A stretch of DNA of 64,000 bases from Rhizodiscina lignyota (lineage: Eukaryota), in the NCBI GenBank assembly GCA_010015805.1, contig ML978123.1, forward strand, positions 1,550,001-1,614,000, in the 5' to 3' direction. The notes beneath the pieces were generated by a model. That model saw only the letters and a program-made list of their open reading frames with translations, did no database searches and had not been told where the DNA came from. Made by a program: the position numbers and the translations under genes. Each line of letters begins with the position of its first letter. The first letter of the stretch is position 1. Below, in pieces: positions 1-10,718 of this stretch.

Positions 1-689
1 TCCACTATCCTCCGGCTTCTATTCCGTTTCTATGATATCCAAGCCGGACGCATCACCATCGACGGACAAGACATTAGAGATGTGCAGCTTGATAGCTTAC
101 GGAAAGCAATTGGCGTCGTTCCCCAAGATACTCCGCTCTTCAACATGAACGTCGGCGAAAATATTCGATACGGCAATCTTGAGGCCACTGATGAAGATGT
201 AAGGAAGGCAGCTAGAAGGGCGCGAGTTGCGGAGATCATTGAGAGTTGGCCGGATCAGTACAACACGATGGTAGGAGAGAGGGGAATGATGATATCCGGT
301 ATGTTGGAGGTTCAGTTGTCATTGCAGTGTGTCCAATACTAACAACAGACCCAGGCGGAGAGAAACAGAGACTTGCAATCTCACGGCTCATCCTCAAAGA
401 TCCACCACTCCTCTTCTTCGACGAAGCGACTTCCGCACTCGATACCCACACGGAACAAGCGCTACTGCAGAACATTAACAGCATCTTGAAAGACAAACGT
501 CGCACTTCTGTCTTTGTCGCACACAGGCTGAGAACGATATACGACAGTGATCTCATCATTGTTCTGAGCGATGGCAAAGTGGCCGAAAGTGGGACGCATG
601 AGCAGTTGATCGATTCTGGAGGCATCTATTCAGAGCTGTGGAGTGCCCAAGAGACTCACTTTGTAGATACAGAGGGCACTGAAGACTGA
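1..689 (+). CDS. ATM1: Mitochondrial ABC transporter Atm1 (ABCB7 family), 3' end only
   Basis: NBD motifs: [16 protein letters not shown] (Q-loop), signature ISG/GEKQR split by GT..AG intron 299-354, Walker [14 protein letters not shown]-loop FVAHRL; stop at 687-689. The 5' part lies outside the window. Confidence 0.92.
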
Positions 690-819
690 TTCCCACTTGT
701 TGTCGAGCTTCAATCGTTCCCAATAGAATCGTCAAGCACTAAGTCGCATGGGACCCCCCGTTAACAGAACAGCTGCAGTAAGAACAAGTTTTGTTCTTCA
801 ACACGAATGAGGGCATCTC

Positions 820-1215
820 TGAAAGCTTGATTAGATATACACTAGATAGCGTTTATCTAAAACAGGCAGCTTAAGCGTAGATGATATGTATTAACTGGCG
901 AGTATATGTATCGCGGGTGTTGACATCCTCTTGCTCATTACTATGTATTAACGCCAGCGTCAGCGCTTTCGTCTTCATGGGTACATGTAATGGTCTTATC
1001 AACCTCGTTGAGGGAGGTCGGCATCGATGGACCACCATTATTGGCAGTGTTCTTAAGTAGTAGTGGCAGTACTCTTGCTTGGCGCTGTCCTTTAGCAGGA
1101 CCCTTTGCGAGGGCAGGTTTCGTGGTCGGCGCAGGCTTCGCCGCGACGGCCGGCATCGTGTACGCAATCGTAAACGGGTCAGTGTAGGCGTTGTCGTGAT
1201 GGCGTTGTCGTGATG
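820..1215 (-). pseudogene. Decayed paralogous fragment of exon 1 of the neighbouring PHD-finger gene
   Basis: Minus strand reads HDNAYTDPFTIAYTMPAVAAKPAPTTKPALAKGPA...LNEVDKTITCTHE...NEQED...SFQ. It is collinear with TDNGYTDPFTIAYLQPAPPKPAAPLKP...KGPA...LSEVDESLIRAHE...EEQEED...SFQ at about 5110-5440. It has stops, frameshifts and TpA-rich sequence. Confidence 0.8.
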
Positions 1216-1340
1216 GCGGTGTATATATACCAGAAGGAGCTTTCCGTCAGAGCCCTGTTGGGCAATATAGTTTTTGTTTTTAGTTCAAAGCGGCAGGCTT
1301 CGTGATGGTGAATGCACATCATCGCCTCTAAGTCCTACCG

Positions 1341-1650
1341 TCTAATCTTTGTTTATACCTATGTTTACAGCCTCAATTCTTCCAAGTTAGACGCGTCAAA
1401 CGCGCGTTTACACGTGTTATCCTAGCAATAATATACATACTTTCAGGGTCCGCCCGCACGCCGTGCACGGACTTAACAATATATCATCACTTCCAGATCG
1501 GGTTGACTGATGAATTTTCGCGAGTTTCGCCACGCACGTGATATCCACCAAGTCCCACGCTCCAATCTTTGTTTACACATGTGCTTACAGCTTCAATTGG
1601 TTCACGTCAGACGCGTCAAACACGCGTGTGCACGTGCTGTCCGAGCAACG
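1341..1650. repeat. Two diverged ~90-bp direct repeats (1341-1430 and 1561-1650, period 220) carrying ACGCGT and CACGTG motifs
   Basis: tctaatctttgtttatacctatgtttacagcctcaatt...gttagacgcgtcaaacgcgcgtttacacgtgttat versus tccaatctttgtttacacatgtgcttacagcttcaatt...gtcagacgcgtcaaacacgcgtgtgcacgtgctgt. Many differences are CA>TA or TG>TA. Confidence 0.9.
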
Positions 1651-1771
1651 ACGTAAAGAATCGCAGGACATAGTCGAACACGATACATGGGCTGGGCAAG
1701 TTTACATCATCTGCTCACGCACGTTCATTAGTTGGTCAATATATGTCTCGCTGAAAGTGATCATTTAAGGG

Positions 1772-1980
1772 GGAACAGCCCAATCCAAGAAGAGCGTCGC
1801 CACACCCAGACCGAAGTCGGGCGCTTCGACGACTCTCCTTGTACCAGACTGCCCTCCCCAGCCGCTATCTATGAAGTGAGGAAGGACAGCCTAGTCCAAG
1901 GAGAGCGTCGCATCACCCAGACCGAAGTCGGGCGCTTCAACGGCTCTCCTTGAACTCGACTGTCCCCCCAAACAACCGCC
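1772..1980. repeat. Tandem duplication, two copies of ~95 bp, period ~111 bp
   Basis: acagcccaatccaagaagagcgtcgccacacccagaccgaagtcgggcgcttcgacgactctccttg versus acagcctagtccaaggagagcgtcgcatcacccagaccgaagtcgggcgcttcaacggctctccttg. Confidence 0.92.
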
Positions 1981-2032
1981 CACTATCTACCCCCCGTCTC
2001 CATGTCGCCGGCCACCAACTCGTCGTTCCAGC

Positions 2033-5000
2033 CTACTTCTTGTCAGCGTTCGCCGACCTGCTGGCCACCCTGTTGGAACGCCGAGTTGGCGACCGAGCGA
2101 CACGAGACGCCCGCGACGGCGGACGGGTGTTGGGCGCAGACACCGCGCCACGACCGCCACGAGCACCCCCGTCCCCCCTCACCACCTCCTCCTCCCCACC
2201 CTCCGATCGCACCTCCACCGGCTTCGCCAAGCCCTCCACACCCAACACCCGCAACTGCGACACCGCTGTGCTCGACAGCACCGATTGCGCCTTCTCGGAA
2301 GGCTTGCGGACACGCGCTGATGCCCTCACGCCGCTGCCGGAGCCACCCTTGGTGCCGGCCTTCTTGCGAGGAGCAGATTTCTTGTCTGCTACCTCGAGTG
2401 ACAGGTCCGGCACCTCGGCGCTGGCCTCAGCAGACGCGCGAGCAGGAGCAACAGCCGCGACAGGATCGGTGGCAGCCTCGACGGGCTGCACGGTGGTCTC
2501 CACGGCGGGAGCAGCAAGCTCGACAGCAGGAGCAGCGGCAGCGGCCGCGAGATACTCGTCAATGAGCTTGCGAATGCTCACGAGCTTCTCTCGCTCAGCC
2601 TCTCCGATCTGGTCTGTGCCGAACGCGGCGGCAATAGCCTGCAGGGGCGTAACTTCTGTACGACCTGCCTCGGCAGCCAGGGTTCTGAGGAGATTGGTGC
2701 TGCCAGCACCGACGGTCGACACGTCCTGGGTCTCTTGGGAGAGCTGTGCGAGACCAAGAGCAGCCTGCTCTTCCTGCTGTGCGGTGGATGAGGACGCGGC
2801 CTCCACGATGGGCTGAGCTTGAGCTGGATAGCGGTAGCCAGCTTCTTGCAGACGACTCTGCTGGTCGGCGTGGTACTGCTGGAGCTTCTCGTTTTCGCGC
2901 TCCGCGCAGCGCACGCTCTTCTCCAACAGCTTCTCGTTCTTCTGCAAGACGGCCTCATCGATGCGGCGGTTGGCCTCCTTCATGCTGCGTCGGTACTTCT
3001 TGAGCTCCTGGAGGGCGTCCTTCGTCACGCTCCTCACCGTCTCGTACATCTCCCGGTCCTTCCTCACCTTCTCTTTCTCCTTCATCTCTCTCACCTGCTG
3101 GATGAAGTTCGTGAACATTGCCATGCGAGGCATCCGGACCAGTTGGCCGTCTTGAACTTCCTGTGAGAGCTGGAGATCCCCGTCATCGTCAATGACCTCG
3201 ATACGACCATGTGTGCGCATGCCAGCGCGCCAATCCACCTTAGTCGGGTTGCGAGGGATGCGCAGGCGATGGAAGTTGTTGCCTCTCGGAGGCTGCGTCT
3301 TCTTCTGAGTCGCCTTCTGGGCCGTGGTCTGAGCCTCATTGGTGCTCTCATTGTCGGCGGTCTCGTTGGCGCGTAGGTCGTCGCCTCTGTGAAAGAGGGG
3401 ATTCACAGCCTCGCGAATGTCATGCTCAACGTGGTGAGGGCACGCCCAGTCATTCTTGATCTTGGTGTGGCCCTTCTGACGGCCACGAATGGGCGGGTTA
3501 GCAAGAGGAGGGTCGAGGCAGTCGAGATGCCACCATAATCCGCAGCTGGCCTTTCCACACTGAATAATCATACGACGAGGCTCATTACCAATGCCGCCTG
3601 CGCCTTCCCCGCAGAAGTAGCAGAGGATGGGGTTCTCGTTGCTATCGGCCGTGGGATACAAGTCTGGCTGGGGATCGGTGGCCTCCTTGGCGCGTGCGAC
3701 ACGAGTGACAGTGATATTGCCTGGGAGATACTCCCCGTCAAGGCCGACATTGTTATCCTCGAAATGGTTCTGGATGTCGTCGGGTAGGCGAAAGCCTCGT
3801 GGCTGGGCGGACTCCACAATGGCGTCCATGTTGCCCCATACGGAGCTGAAGCGTGCCTTCCCATTTCGAGTCTTCGCCTTGCAGGCATGACAGAACCATT
3901 CTCCTTGGAAATCTTCGTCCACGGGTGGATCCGCACAGTTGTGGTGAGACACGCGTGGGCAGCTTTCGCAGCAGAGGAGCAGGCCTCCAGTTCCACAAGT
4001 CGCGCATTCATTGTCGTGATTGTCGGAAGCCTGCGAGATTGTAAGCGGTGGTGAGGGTTGTGCGTGGTTGAAAACAACGGAATCTAGTGGGAAAACGCGT
4101 ATTTCAAGGAGAGATTTGCGCCTCTTCATGGTATGGGGGAAGAAAAAAGAGTATGTTTGTTGAGCAAGGTTGGTACGCGCATGTGTGAGAACAGGGTTTT
4201 GGGCTGGACGCCAGGAACGCGTGACTTACCTGAGCCTCGTTATCATTGGCCAGCGGCGAGTTTCTGGTGCCTCCCGAGCGCGTTCCGCTCACAACGCCTG
4301 CAACTTGCTCATTGCGATTCTTGACGGGCCTAGAGAAAAAAGAATGCGTCAGTAAAGTCATCCATGGGCGTAGCGTTGCGCTGTGCTCAACGTGGCAGTC
4401 GATGCAGGGAAATGAGGTGGCGGGCTGGGGTGAACCGCCGCGCAATCTGCCCAACCGGGCTGCAAGCATCGCACAAAGGAGGCGAATGACTCGAAAGGGC
4501 ACAACGGCCACAATGGCCACAGAAAAAAGCGGCAGAGGATACTTGGATATAGAAAAACAAAAAAGAGATCGCGACTTACGAGATCTTGGTCTTGGCACGC
4601 GCGTCCGCTCCAACCTTCCGCTTCTTCACCGGCGGGCCTGGCGGAGCAAGCTCAGGTGTCGCTGGCCCAGACGAGAGTGCTGAGCTGGAGGAGGAGCCCT
4701 CACGCTCGGCCGTCGTACGCTTGCCTGTCGTACGCTTTCCGCCACGATTGGCCTGGGCAGCTGGAGGGTTGCTCGATGGTGCTGGCGCCTGCTGCGACGC
4801 CGTGGTTGTTCCAGAGGGACCTGTTGTGGGTACTGCCGGAGGGGGTGGAGGGGGTGGAGGGCGAGAGCGCAAGTTGCTCTCATTATCGGTGTATTGGAAG
4901 GTTGGATAGTTGGCCTCGTACTCCTTTCGCATCTCCGCACGCCTCCTCTCGTACTCCTTTTCAACCTCAGGATCCTTCGGTGGCTCCTTGGCCTTCTTCT

Positions 5001-6759
5001 CATCCCCCTCGTCCTTCTCTCGTCTTGCTCGCCTGGCTGCAGCTGAATCCTGCTTCGTGTCTCGTGGGGCCAGCTTGTAGCGCTGCTGATTGCCGCCTTT
5101 CTTGCCTCCGCTCTGGAAGGACTTGAACGCTTCTGACTGGAGGGCTTGGGCTTCGCTCGTGATCATTTCCTTTGCCAAGGCCTGGAGTTCTTCATCATCG
5201 TCATCATCGTCATCATCATCTTCTTCTTGCTCTTCACCGTTATCAACAGGGGTTTCATGTGCGCGGATGAGAGACTCATCCACCTCAGACAGCTCCAGGT
5301 CGGATGGACTGCTGGTGGCCGGACCCTTCCTAGAGGCCGGCTTTAGGGGGGCAGCAGGCTTTAGGGGGGCAGCAGGTTTTGGGGGGGCAGGCTGAAGGTA
5401 CGCGATCGTGAAAGGATCTGTGTACCCGTTGTCCGTGGCTCGCGTTGTCCGAGCTCTCTTCGGCGGCGGTGAAGCGTATAAGCTGTCATCCGAGGAGTAA
5501 TCCCTTGTTGTTTTGTTGCCAGCGCGGGGTTCAAGAACCGGCATAGTGTCAACTCTCACTATAAGGGGTGACAGTCCGCGAAAGAAACTCCGAGCCGGTG
5601 GTGGGGAAGCTTCCACGGGCTTAGTGTTAGGTGCCTCGGTCGTTGTTGTGGTAGGAGCCGCTTCGGGCGCGGGGAGAGTGAATGCGTTTTGAGGGACCGC
5701 GGATGTAGAAGCGGGAACAGCAGCGGCAGTGGACGCGAAGACAGGGAGATTGCTCGCCATCTCCTTCTTTGCCTTCTTCAGGCGCACCTTCTCGGCCTTG
5801 ACGCACTTCTCGAAGTAGGCAGCCTCTTCAGGAGTCGGGTTCTGGCGGCCAACACTTGCGAGTGTGTTCCAGAGTTTCTCATCCTTCTCGGCCAGGTGGA
5901 TGACGCTGACAACGGCGAGACCGTTGATGCCAGTCGGGTCATCCTTGAAGGACTTCACGGCCTTGATCACGTCGTCGGCGTGCTCCTGGTTCCAGGGGCA
6001 GTTCGACACCAAAACACGAAGCTCAGATTCAGAAGGAGTAACAGAAGTCATCTTTGCTTGTGTAGGAGTCTGATGTAAGGTTTGATGTGCAGAAGCGTTG
6101 GGTTGGAAAGTAGAAGCTTGAAGTTGTGGTGTAGGTGTTGGTGTGGAAGGTTGTAAAGAGTTTGTTGCTTGTGGAGTGAGAGAAGAAGGTTGCGTTGGGA
6201 GAGATATAGAGGCACGGGGGGGTGGTGTTGAACCAGCCGAAGTTGTGCCGTTTGTTATTTTGAGCCTGACAATGGGTTCTTTGTGCGTTGGCGCGGAGGC
6301 CGGAAGCAATTCGGAAGTTGAACACTCTTCATGAGGCGTCAGTGACGGAGATGGCGCTATCTCTCCTGTCGCGCGTGGTTCTGATGGCCCTTCTGCAGGC
6401 GTGTGCTCCATCGACCCTCGTGATTCTCTCTCTGATTCATCCACGACGAGCATGCTCAACGGCTCCCCCATAGTTGCTCGCCTGCCATGGCTATCCCTGA
6501 TCTTCGCCTTGAGTTTCGCTGATGGCACCGCACCGAGTGGTTGCATGTCAACGAAAAGGCCTCCGCGCTCAAAGCCTGCCTCTTCAAAACTTGGCCGCGG
6601 ATCTGCCAGCGGCGGTTCCACCCATCCTGTGAGTGTTGTCTGTCTCTTCTCTTTCGCCGGATCTGTTACGAAAGGTGCCGGTGAATTTCGCGCCGTAGTG
6701 ACAAAGGGGCTCGACATGCGACTCGATTGTCGCGTCGCCCTCGTGGACGTGGGAGGCAT
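2033..6759 (-). CDS. RCO1: Large double-PHD-finger chromatin protein, Rco1/Cph1-like (Rpd3S subunit family); 3 exons: 6759-4580, 4329-4230, 4030-2033
   Basis: The two long ORFs join through GTAAG..AG introns into KTKIS|PVK...NEAQ|ASDNHDNEC. PHD1 is CATC..LLCCESCPRVSHHNCADPP..WFCHAC; PHD2 is CYFC..CGKASC..WHLDCLDPP..WACPHH. The N-terminal LTGWVEPPL..RPSFEE..G motif is typical of filamentous-fungal members. Orthology is inferred, not tested. Confidence 0.8.
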
Positions 6760-7191
6760 GGCGCCGAAAGCGAGGGCGCGACCGCCGCGGGGTTCTGCAG
6801 GTACGTTAGCAGCTGATTATGGATATGATGATGGCTATCAATTACTCAACAGGTGAAATCCTCGCTGGGCGTCGTGGTGGTGGAGCGCGATGGGACGAAG
6901 GGGCGACGATGAATTGGAGATGGGACGAGACGTTGTTCAGATGCGGACCGCCGGAGAAGCCCCTTTGATCAGATGACTTGCGGCAAAAAAACGACTTTGG
7001 ATCCTTCCCGATTACTATTTTGATAAGATCCCAAATGCTCGTTGAGTCAAAATGGAGCGTTTCAACATTTGATCATCACTTTTGCTCTGCAGACGACTTG
7101 TTGTTGAGGTACTCTTGCATCTGCCGATTTGTCTCAGGGACAGGGGGCGCGTCGCCGAAAGGAGACGGCAAGACGACAAGGCCAAAAGAAA

Positions 7192-8360
7192 CTTCAACTT
7201 CTTTGGCGTGCAGAAGGTTGTAAGGGAGAGAAGGTCAAGTTGCATCAGACTCTCATATACCACTAATGGCCGAAGACCGGAAGTAGTAAAGAAATGTGGC
7301 TTCGGTCTGTGATATCCTCCTCAGGAGATGGATGGATCGATCCAAATTTTTCGGTATGCAGGAGGTTGTTAAGAGAGAAATTCGGTTGAAGTCAGGCGCT
7401 CATATCACCATTGGCTGAGGACGGGCTGGAGAAGAATGCACGTTCGATCTGTTGCTGTCCTCCTTTCAAGAGACGGATGAACCGATGCAACCTCTCTGGC
7501 AAGTAGAAGGTTGTAAGAGAGAAAGCAAATCCGGATCGGACCCTTATATATACCACTCGTGACCGAAGACAGGAGCGGTGAAGGAAGGCAGGTACGATTC
7601 GTGATACCTTCTGGGGAGACTAGACAGATGAATCTATGCAAACTCTCTGACTCGCAGAAGGTCGTAAGAGAGAGGAAGTAGATCTGGATCAAACTCTCGC
7701 ACATATACCACTAGTGGCCAAGGCCGGAGTGGTCGAAGAATGCAGATTCGATCCGTGATATTCCTCTTTCAGGAGACAAAGACTGAATGCAACTTTTCTA
7801 GCAACCAGAAGGTTGTAAGAGAGAGGAAGAAAATCGGAATCCGACTCGCATATACCGCCCGCGACCGAAGACCATATCAGTGAAGAAAGGCAGGTTCGAT
7901 CAGTGACATCCTCTTGGGAGACGGATGAAAAGAAGGTTGTAAGAGAGAGGAAGTAGACGTGGATCAGACTTGTATATATACTACTCGTGACCGAAATTCG
8001 GAGTGGTGAATAGAGGCAGGATCGATCCGTGCTATTCTCGAAGAAGACGGACATATCTATGCAACTTCTCTGGCGTGCTCAGAAAGATGAAAAAGACAGA
8101 AAGTTACATCTGGATGAGACTCTCATATATATCATTAGTGGCCGACGACCGGAAGTCCAGATGCTGTCAATCCTCTCTTTCAGAAGGAAGGTGCCTTGGT
8201 TCAACTCTTTGGCGTGCGGAAATGTAGAATACGAGCGGAAATCACATTCAGATCAAACTATCAAATATCTACGAATAGCCAACGATGGGCATCGTGGAAA
8301 GAATTCGGTTTGGATACCGTGACATCCTCCTTTTCAGGAGATGGATGCATTGATGCTAAG
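7192..8360. repeat. Intergenic degenerate tandem array of ~8 units, 125-151 bp each
   Basis: Anchor (c)agaaggttgtaagagagag recurs at about 7211, 7359, 7504, 7655, 7806, 7931, 8080 and 8217 (last two degenerate). Each unit continues ...gatc..actc.catata.accact.gtg(g/a)ccgaagac...gaagaa.gcaggttcgatccgtgatatcctc...ggagacggatg..atgcaact. Indels break any reading frame. Confidence 0.95.
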
Positions 8361-8540
8361 CTAGGTAGGTAATACATCTTCTTGCCTGTATCCCATCGTA
8401 AAATTGTGCTTGCGCACTTTTGTTTGAGCTAGCCAAGTGAGTAGCAAGCATGGTTGTCTGGTCGTGCTGCGAGACACTCTACCGGATGATTCTTCCGAGT
8501 CGTGCTACTCTGATTGCAGCGCAAATGGTGGAAGATAGCT

Positions 8541-10039
8541 TTACTCGTCCTCGCTGTCATCATCATCATCGTCATCATCGTCCTCGACCTTCTTGGCAGG
8601 CTTCTTCTTCTTCTTTTTGTTCTTCTTCGCCGTGGTGGCTTTGGCCAGGGGCTGCTCAAGTATCTTGAGGACTTCCTCATCCGTGATCTTCTTGTCGCTC
8701 TTGTACTTGGCTGGGTCGAAAGCAGGCGGAGTAGCCAACCTTGTCAAGCCATTCTTCGTGATTACTGGGTTCTCCATTAGTCTCTGGCAAGCAACAAGAG
8801 AGAAAGCTTTGGACTCACCGACGGTCGTGAACAGCCTGCTCACTGGCTCACCCTCCTTGTCCCCAACAACCTCGTACTGCCTCAGCACATTTCCCCTCAC
8901 ACACTCCATCACACCAATCTTCGCCGCCCGCTCATCCTCCAACTGGCGCATACTGAACGGGAACGTGCCAAACTTCTTCACAATCTCGCTCAGCGTCGCC
9001 CTGCTGCTCGCCCTCTTCAGGCCAAACGTCGTCGTCGTTCTGCGCAGCAGCGTCGCGCGATTGGGCAGCGTCTTCACCTTGCCACTGCCCAAGCTCACTC
9101 CCATTTCCACGCCCCAAACCTCCATGGGCTCAGGGTTGCCATCGCCCTTGACCCCCTCGCCCGGCGCGAGGATGATCTTCTTCTTGCCCTCAATCTCGTT
9201 ACGCTCGAACAGCCAGCACGTCGTGCTCTCCACGAGGTTGCAGTCATACGCCTTGACCACCTTCTCGAGCAGCTGGTTGATCTTCGTCTGGCTGGGCGGC
9301 TTCTGGCCCTCAGCCTTCTTCTTCTCTTCCTCCGTCGCGGCCACCAGGCCCGGCGGCACCATCAGCCTCAACAGCAGCTCGTTTGCATAGTGGGTCGCGA
9401 GCAGCAGGTCTGCCGTCCTGCCCTCGACCACGCCACCCACGACGATATTGTCGCAAACGATGGTACCAAAGCCATCAATCTGCACGCCGAGCTGTATCTT
9501 TACCACTTCACCCTTCTTCAGCGTCGTCGACGCCTCCTCGGCGTCCGACTTCAACGGCGTGTATGGCGTGACATACGACGAAGGCGAGATGGTGCACGGG
9601 TGCGCAATACCCTTGGAGATCTTCTTGCCCTTGTAGACTTTCGCAACTTCAGCGTCGAGGAGGGCGTCGCCGCGTTCGCAGAGCTCGATGATGTGCGCGC
9701 CTTCGGTGCACCAGCCTGATTACAAATTAGCGTTTATTCCACGAAGATATGGAAAACATTGCAAGGGCGCTGAACGTGGTCGTTGCAAGCTGAGACTGAG
9801 TGTGGGCCATACCTGAGACCGCCTCGAGCGCCTTGTTCGAGATCTGCGCGGCTTGCTTGTACTTCGTAAGGGTGTCCGGGTTGCTCAGCGAATAATCTGT
9901 GCACCATGTGGTCAGTCTTCGTCACTTCTCAAGCTCAATGGAATGTATGTGGAGAGCATCAGGCGCAGGCCCACAAATGGAATGTTCGAAGCTTTGTGGC
10001 TTCACTGGACTTACCGACTTGAGCTTCCTCGGCCGCCAT
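8541..10039 (-). CDS. cdb4: Curved DNA-binding protein Cdb4 / Ebp1 (PA2G4), inactive M24 peptidase fold; 4 exons
   Basis: MAAEEAQV|DYSLSNPDTLTKYKQAAQIS...KGIAHPCTISPSSYVTPYTP...VKIQLGVQIDGF...EIVKKFGTFPFS, ending in KKNKKKKKK and an acidic tail; canonical introns. Confidence 0.92.
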
Positions 10040-10718
10040 GTTGAGGAGGTGCTCTCGGGCACTTGCTTTGTGATTTTCAGTATCCAACAGCCAGAGCAGT
10101 CGAGAGAAGAGGGGATGCTGAATTTGAGTTTTCGAGCAAGTCGTGTGTGGGATGTTAGCAAGGTTGATGGTGGGGCTACTTGGTGGTACCACTGCCCAAC
10201 AACGTCACTGGAAGAGAGACGCAGGCACGACGAAGCTCAGGGGTTCATGTAAGATACCAAGCTCAGAGCAAATGAAGTTGGTTTGCAAGAGGTAGAAAGT
10301 GAAGTTGAGATGCTCAACGGCAATGCTGCTTTTTCTCTTAAGCAGGCTTGCGAAAGGAAGTCGCGAGAGTTCACGCGACATTCGATTGCTTGTTTGGGTA
10401 GACTTACTAGCCCAATCAGAGCAGGATCGAGCGATGAGCAAGCAGTAAGCTTACAGAGTGCACGGAAGAGGACAAAGAGTGATTGTATGAATGGATATGT
10501 ATATATAGGCGAGCCGATCTGCTAACTCGCCCGAGTCTCTGAATTGTCTCCAAGACTGAGCAGAGACCAGATGCCAATATCCACTGAACCAAACCAACAG
10601 TTTCCAAGCTGTTGATCATGCTGTTAACTCGTAACTCACTTCGTGACTTACTACTGCCTTTTCAATTCCAGTGGTCATATTTCTAATAAACCGCTACCAT
10701 CGAAAACATTCGCCTATC

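Noticed and set aside
7150..7168. GAAA-tetraloop hairpin cgtcgcc-gaaa-ggagacg beside the array as a ribozyme
   Set aside because: A single short stem with a mismatch; I could not find hammerhead, HDV or twister core motifs around it.
7192..8360. Array as a CRISPR, a tRNA cluster or a coding repeat
   Set aside because: Whole units are homologous, so there are no unique spacers, and there are no cas genes in this eukaryotic context. No cloverleaf or anticodon arm. Unit lengths and indels do not keep a frame.
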